DNA of 64,000 nt from Candidatus Omnitrophota bacterium (GTDB taxonomy: Bacteria; Omnitrophota; Gorgyraeia; Gygaellales; Profunditerraquicolaceae): contig JAHIKK010000112.1 in the NCBI GenBank assembly GCA_018897555.1, positions 12,275 to 76,274 of the forward strand, given 5' to 3'. This document shows positions 60,595-64,000 of the stretch, one piece after another; within the stretch, counting starts at the first letter, position 1; every line of letters begins with the position of its first letter. The notes beneath the pieces are model-generated. The model had not been told where the DNA came from, did no database searches, and saw only the letters and a list, made by a program, of their open reading frames with translations. Position numbers and translations under genes: made by a program.

Positions 60595-61574
60595 ATTTTA
60601 AGCAATTCTCTTACTGTAAAAATAGTTTTCTTAGCCAATAGGGATGCCTTTTGCCTTCCGGCGGATAAAATCTCTTGAATGCGCCTTTTGTCTTTTTGCC
60701 AAGCGAGCCGTTTTTCCTGAATCGGCGCCAATAAATTAGTAAGCAGGACTGTCAATTCCTTTTTACATTCCGTGCAACCAATCATGGCTTTACTGCAACG
60801 CTCCTGAACCTGATCCTTAAGCAAAGGGGAAAACGCCGCATAATAAGAGAAAACATTGCATTTATCCGGATGCCCGCGATCAGCAACGTGAATACGCTCC
60901 GGATCTGTAAACATACTCTGCACCTTTTTACGGATAACCTCGGGCGCGTCAGTGAGAGCGATATAATTATTATAACTCTTACTCATCTTGCGGCCATCTA
61001 AGCCTAAAAGACGGGTAGTCTGGGTAAGCAAAGCCTTGGGTTCCGCAAAACAAGTTGTTTTGTAAAGATGATTAAACTTTCGCGCTATCTGACGGCACAA
61101 CTCTAAATGCGGCAGCTGATCCTCACCCACCGGCACGCTATCGGCCTTATAAAGTAAAATATCCGCGGCTTGTAAAACCGGATACCCTAAAAAAGCATAA
61201 GTACTTAAATCGCGATTAACCACCTGGCGCAGTTGTTCTTTATAGGTAGGGCAACGCTCAAGCAGCCCTAAGGGCGTAATCAGAGAAAAAATAAAATAAA
61301 GCTCCAGGTGTTCGGGAACTTGCGATTGAATAAAAATAGTGGATCTTTCAGGGTCAATCCCGCAAGAGAGCCAATCAATGACATTGTCCAACATGTTATC
61401 TTTAAGCAAGTCCGGATTTTCATACTCAGACATCAGCGCATGCCAATCCGCGACCATAAAGAAACAATCATATTCATCTTGCAACTTCGTCCAATTAGCC
61501 AAAGCACCAACCAAATGGCCCAGATGTAATTTACCCGTAGGACGCATCCCGCTCAATATCCGCTTTTTATGCAT
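60591..61574 (-). CDS. trpS: Tryptophan--tRNA ligase
   Basis: Class I HIGH (PTGKLHLGH) and KMSKS motifs. Confidence 0.95.
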   Translation of the reverse strand: MHKKRILSGMRPTGKLHLGHLVGALANWTKLQDEYDCFFMVADWHALMSEYENPDLLKDNMLDNVIDWLSCGIDPERSTIFIQSQVPEHLELYFIFSLITPLGLLERCPTYKEQLRQVVNRDLSTYAFLGYPVLQAADILLYKADSVPVGEDQLPHLELCRQIARKFNHLYKTTCFAEPKALLTQTTRLLGLDGRKMSKSYNNYIALTDAPEVIRKKVQSMFTDPERIHVADRGHPDKCNVFSYYAAFSPLLKDQVQERCSKAMIGCTECKKELTVLLTNLLAPIQEKRLAWQKDKRRIQEILSAGRQKASLLAKKTIFTVRELLKI

Positions 61575-61598
61575 ATCTTAGTCCGATATAGCTGTAAG

Positions 61599-63785
61599 CT
61601 ATAACTTCCTCGCTATCTTCTCTATATCATAAGCTTCAATAATATCGCCTTCGACTAATTGATCAAACCCGCTAACTGCAATACCACACTCAAACCCCTC
61701 ACCAACCTCGCGCACATCATCCTTAAAACGTTTAAGGCTGGCAAGCTTGCCTTCAAAAGCAACCGCACCATTGCGCATCACGGTAATCATGCAGCTACGG
61801 TTAATCTTCCCCTTGGTTACAAAACATCCGGCAATGATACCGGAACTGGAAAGCTTAAACATCTTCCTGACTTCGACCCTGCCTAAAAATACTTTCTTTA
61901 ATTTTGGATCAAGCATACCCTCAACCGCAGCTTTTATGTCATTAGCCAGCTCATAAATAATATTATATATTTTTACATCTATGCCTTCTTTGGAGATCAA
62001 CTCCTTAGCCGGCTCATCAGCAGAAACATTAAATCCCAAAAGCAACGCATCAGAAGCTACCGCTAAAATTACATCGGAAGTATTGATATTTCCCGCCCCC
62101 AGATGGATGATATTAATTTTTATTTCGGAAACATTCAACTTCTCCAAAGTATCTTTAATTGCCTCCAGCGATCCCTGGACATCCGCCTTAATAATTAAAT
62201 TTAGTTCCTTGATTTTACCGGCGGCAATCTGCAGATGCAACTCTTCCAAGCTTACCCTCTTTACCTCTTTAACCTGCTGAAGCTTTTCTTTTTCCACGCG
62301 GGCGGCAATTAAACTCTTAGCCTGCCTTTCATCTTCAATCACAAAAAACTGGCCCCCTACCTGCGGAATTCCGCTTATCCCCAAAATCTCTACCGGAGTT
62401 GCCGGGCCGACAGAAGTTACTCCCTGCCCCCGGTCATTGAGCATCGCCCTGACTTTTCCATATAAATTACCTACGATTATATTCTGGTTAAGATGTAATG
62501 TGCCGTTCTGCACAAGCAATGTCGCTACCGGCCCCCTGCCTTTAGCCATCCGGGCTTCCACGACTACTCCATAGGCCAGGCGGTCAGGATTGGCTTTTAA
62601 TTCCATAATTTCGGCTTGCAACAAAATCATCTCCAGTAAGCTGTCTATTCCCGCGCCGGTCTTAGCAGAGACCGGGACAGTAATCGTTTTACCGCCCCAA
62701 TCCTCAGGATTTAATCCGGCTGCAGCTAACTGTTTTTTAACCGTGTCTATATTTGCCTGCGCTTTATCTATTTTATTAATCGCCACGATGATCGTTACTC
62801 CGGCAGCCCGCGCATGGTCGATGGCTTCCTGAGTTTGCGACATAATTCCGTCATCAGCAGCTACGACTAACACCACAATATCGGTAATCCGGGCGCCGCG
62901 AGCACGCATCGCGGTAAATGCTTCATGGCCGGGTGTATCTAAAAAGGTAATCTCCCCCTGCGGAAGGCTGACCCGGTAAGCACCGATATGTTGAGTAATC
63001 CCTCCATGTTCTCCTTCTGTAACTTTAGTTTTACGTATGGCATCCAAAAGAGAGGTCTTACCATGATCAACATGCCCCATAAAGGTTACTATCGGTGAAC
63101 GGCTCTTTTGCTCTTGCGGCTTATCTATTTTTTGATGCGCCTGCAAAGCCGTTTCTTCGGCATTCAAAGCTTTCTTAACTCCAAAATTATATTTTAAACA
63201 TAATTTATTTAAAGTAGCCTCATCTAAAGACTGATTAATCCCGATCATTACCCCCATACCCATAAGATGCTTAATCAGAACCGAAGACTTCTCCTGTAAT
63301 TTTATGGATAAATCTTTAACCGTAATCGGAAGCTCCAGTTCAATCTCTTTTTCCGGGCCGGCTTCGGCCTTAACCTCAGGGATAAATTCTGATTTCACTG
63401 GAGGAGAAACTTCGACTTTTGCCTCTGGCTTATGGATAGGCTTAACTGCCACTTTTACTTCAACCTTGAGCTCAGGTTTTATTACCGGTTTAACTACCGC
63501 TTTCACTTCAACCTTGGCTTCAGGTTTTATTACCGGTTTAACTGCCATTTTCACTTCAACCCTAGGCTCAGATTTTGCTACCGGTTTAAGCATAGACTTA
63601 AATACCGGCTTAATTTTTTCCTTAACCTTGTTTACTGCCAATTTGAGCTTAAGCGGCTTAGCTAGAGGCTTAAACTTAACCGCCTCTTGCGCTTTAGCAA
63701 CCGGCTTCTTAGTTTTTACCTCCACTTTAACCTTAGGCTTAACTATTTTTTTTACTACTTTTTTTTCTTTTTTTATTTTTAGCAT
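61599..63785 (-). CDS. infB: Translation initiation factor IF-2
   Basis: G domain ([12 protein letters not shown]), IF-2 domains; lysine-rich repetitive N-terminus; start set at MLKIKK downstream of the GC hairpin. Confidence 0.95.
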   Translation of the reverse strand: MLKIKKEKKVVKKIVKPKVKVEVKTKKPVAKAQEAVKFKPLAKPLKLKLAVNKVKEKIKPVFKSMLKPVAKSEPRVEVKMAVKPVIKPEAKVEVKAVVKPVIKPELKVEVKVAVKPIHKPEAKVEVSPPVKSEFIPEVKAEAGPEKEIELELPITVKDLSIKLQEKSSVLIKHLMGMGVMIGINQSLDEATLNKLCLKYNFGVKKALNAEETALQAHQKIDKPQEQKSRSPIVTFMGHVDHGKTSLLDAIRKTKVTEGEHGGITQHIGAYRVSLPQGEITFLDTPGHEAFTAMRARGARITDIVVLVVAADDGIMSQTQEAIDHARAAGVTIIVAINKIDKAQANIDTVKKQLAAAGLNPEDWGGKTITVPVSAKTGAGIDSLLEMILLQAEIMELKANPDRLAYGVVVEARMAKGRGPVATLLVQNGTLHLNQNIIVGNLYGKVRAMLNDRGQGVTSVGPATPVEILGISGIPQVGGQFFVIEDERQAKSLIAARVEKEKLQQVKEVKRVSLEELHLQIAAGKIKELNLIIKADVQGSLEAIKDTLEKLNVSEIKINIIHLGAGNINTSDVILAVASDALLLGFNVSADEPAKELISKEGIDVKIYNIIYELANDIKAAVEGMLDPKLKKVFLGRVEVRKMFKLSSSGIIAGCFVTKGKINRSCMITVMRNGAVAFEGKLASLKRFKDDVREVGEGFECGIAVSGFDQLVEGDIIEAYDIEKIARKL
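63440..63585 (-). repeat. In-frame ~39-nt tandem repeats inside the infB N-terminal region
   Basis: Encodes 3-4 copies of VKPVIKPE[AL]KVEVK; DNA repeats ggtttaactRccRctttcacttcaaccttggctYcaggtttt. Confidence 0.6.
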
Positions 63786-63801
63786 ATTTTTCTCTTTCTC
63801 G

Positions 63802-63822
63802 CCCGCCAATCTTTGTGGCGGG
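63802..63822 (-). other. GC hairpin cccgcc-aatctttgt-ggcggg between nusA stop and infB start
   Basis: Near-identical to the hairpins at 55999-56020 and 54151-54171. Confidence 0.5.
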
Positions 63823-63838
63823 ACTTTATATTAAAAAA

Positions 63839-64000
63839 CTACGACAGTTTCTTGGCCTTGGCGATAATTTTTTGAGCCTTCTTTTCTCCAATACCCTTAA
63901 TCTTGGTCAGCCCCTCCACCTGAAGTTTAATTACATCATCTACACTCTTGATGCCTGCTTCTTTTAAACTTTCGACGAGCTTCTCACTGACTTCTAGTAG
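63839..64000 (-). CDS. nusA: Transcription termination/antitermination factor NusA, C-terminal end (partial)
   Basis: Reverse translation ...LLEVSEKLVESLKEAGIKSVDDVIKLQVEGLTKIKGIGEKKAQKIIAKAKKLS* with HhH motif; conserved nusA-infB synteny. Confidence 0.6.
   Translation of the reverse strand, partial: LLEVSEKLVESLKEAGIKSVDDVIKLQVEGLTKIKGIGEKKAQKIIAKAKKLS

Overview
AT-rich bacterial chromosomal segment with about 60 genes, nearly all on the minus strand and tightly packed (many 4-nt ATGA overlaps). Content is mainly housekeeping: a riboflavin operon (ribBA-ribH-nusB-PHP-ribD-ribE) preceded by a clear FMN riboswitch and terminator; pgpA/pgsA/rimO; ftsK; pnp-rpsO; a GGDEF+HD-GYP protein; arfB; an AddA/UvrD-like helicase-nuclease; recJ; argS; a trpGDCFBA operon without trpE; murA-prmC-prfA-rpmE-rho-coaE-glgA-polA; a one-carbon/Wood-Ljungdahl-type cluster (fchA-folD ... 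metF-acsB) split by an AT-rich insertion carrying a MazF/RHH toxin-antitoxin pair and a membrane protein; yraN-rnhB-rplS-trmD-tgt; queuosine genes (tgt, queA, queH); ruvB-scpA-trpS-infB and the nusA 3' end. Not explained by genes: (i) a dispersed ~25-nt repeat family (aaaatagaaacggtccc-attattc), present singly or as long perfect hairpins at gene 3' ends, two copies of which flank a small Bro-N/DinD-like cassette; (ii) several GC-rich, strongly structured intergenic elements that stand out against the AT-rich background (23.59 kb, 49.4 kb, 54.08-54.22 kb, 55.94-56.03 kb, 63.80 kb), some sharing a gcgggtg...gacccgc closing stem and cccgcc-N9-ggcggg hairpins. No rRNA, tRNA or CRISPR array was seen. 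Gene calls rest on my recognition of conserved motifs in the translations; no database searches were run.
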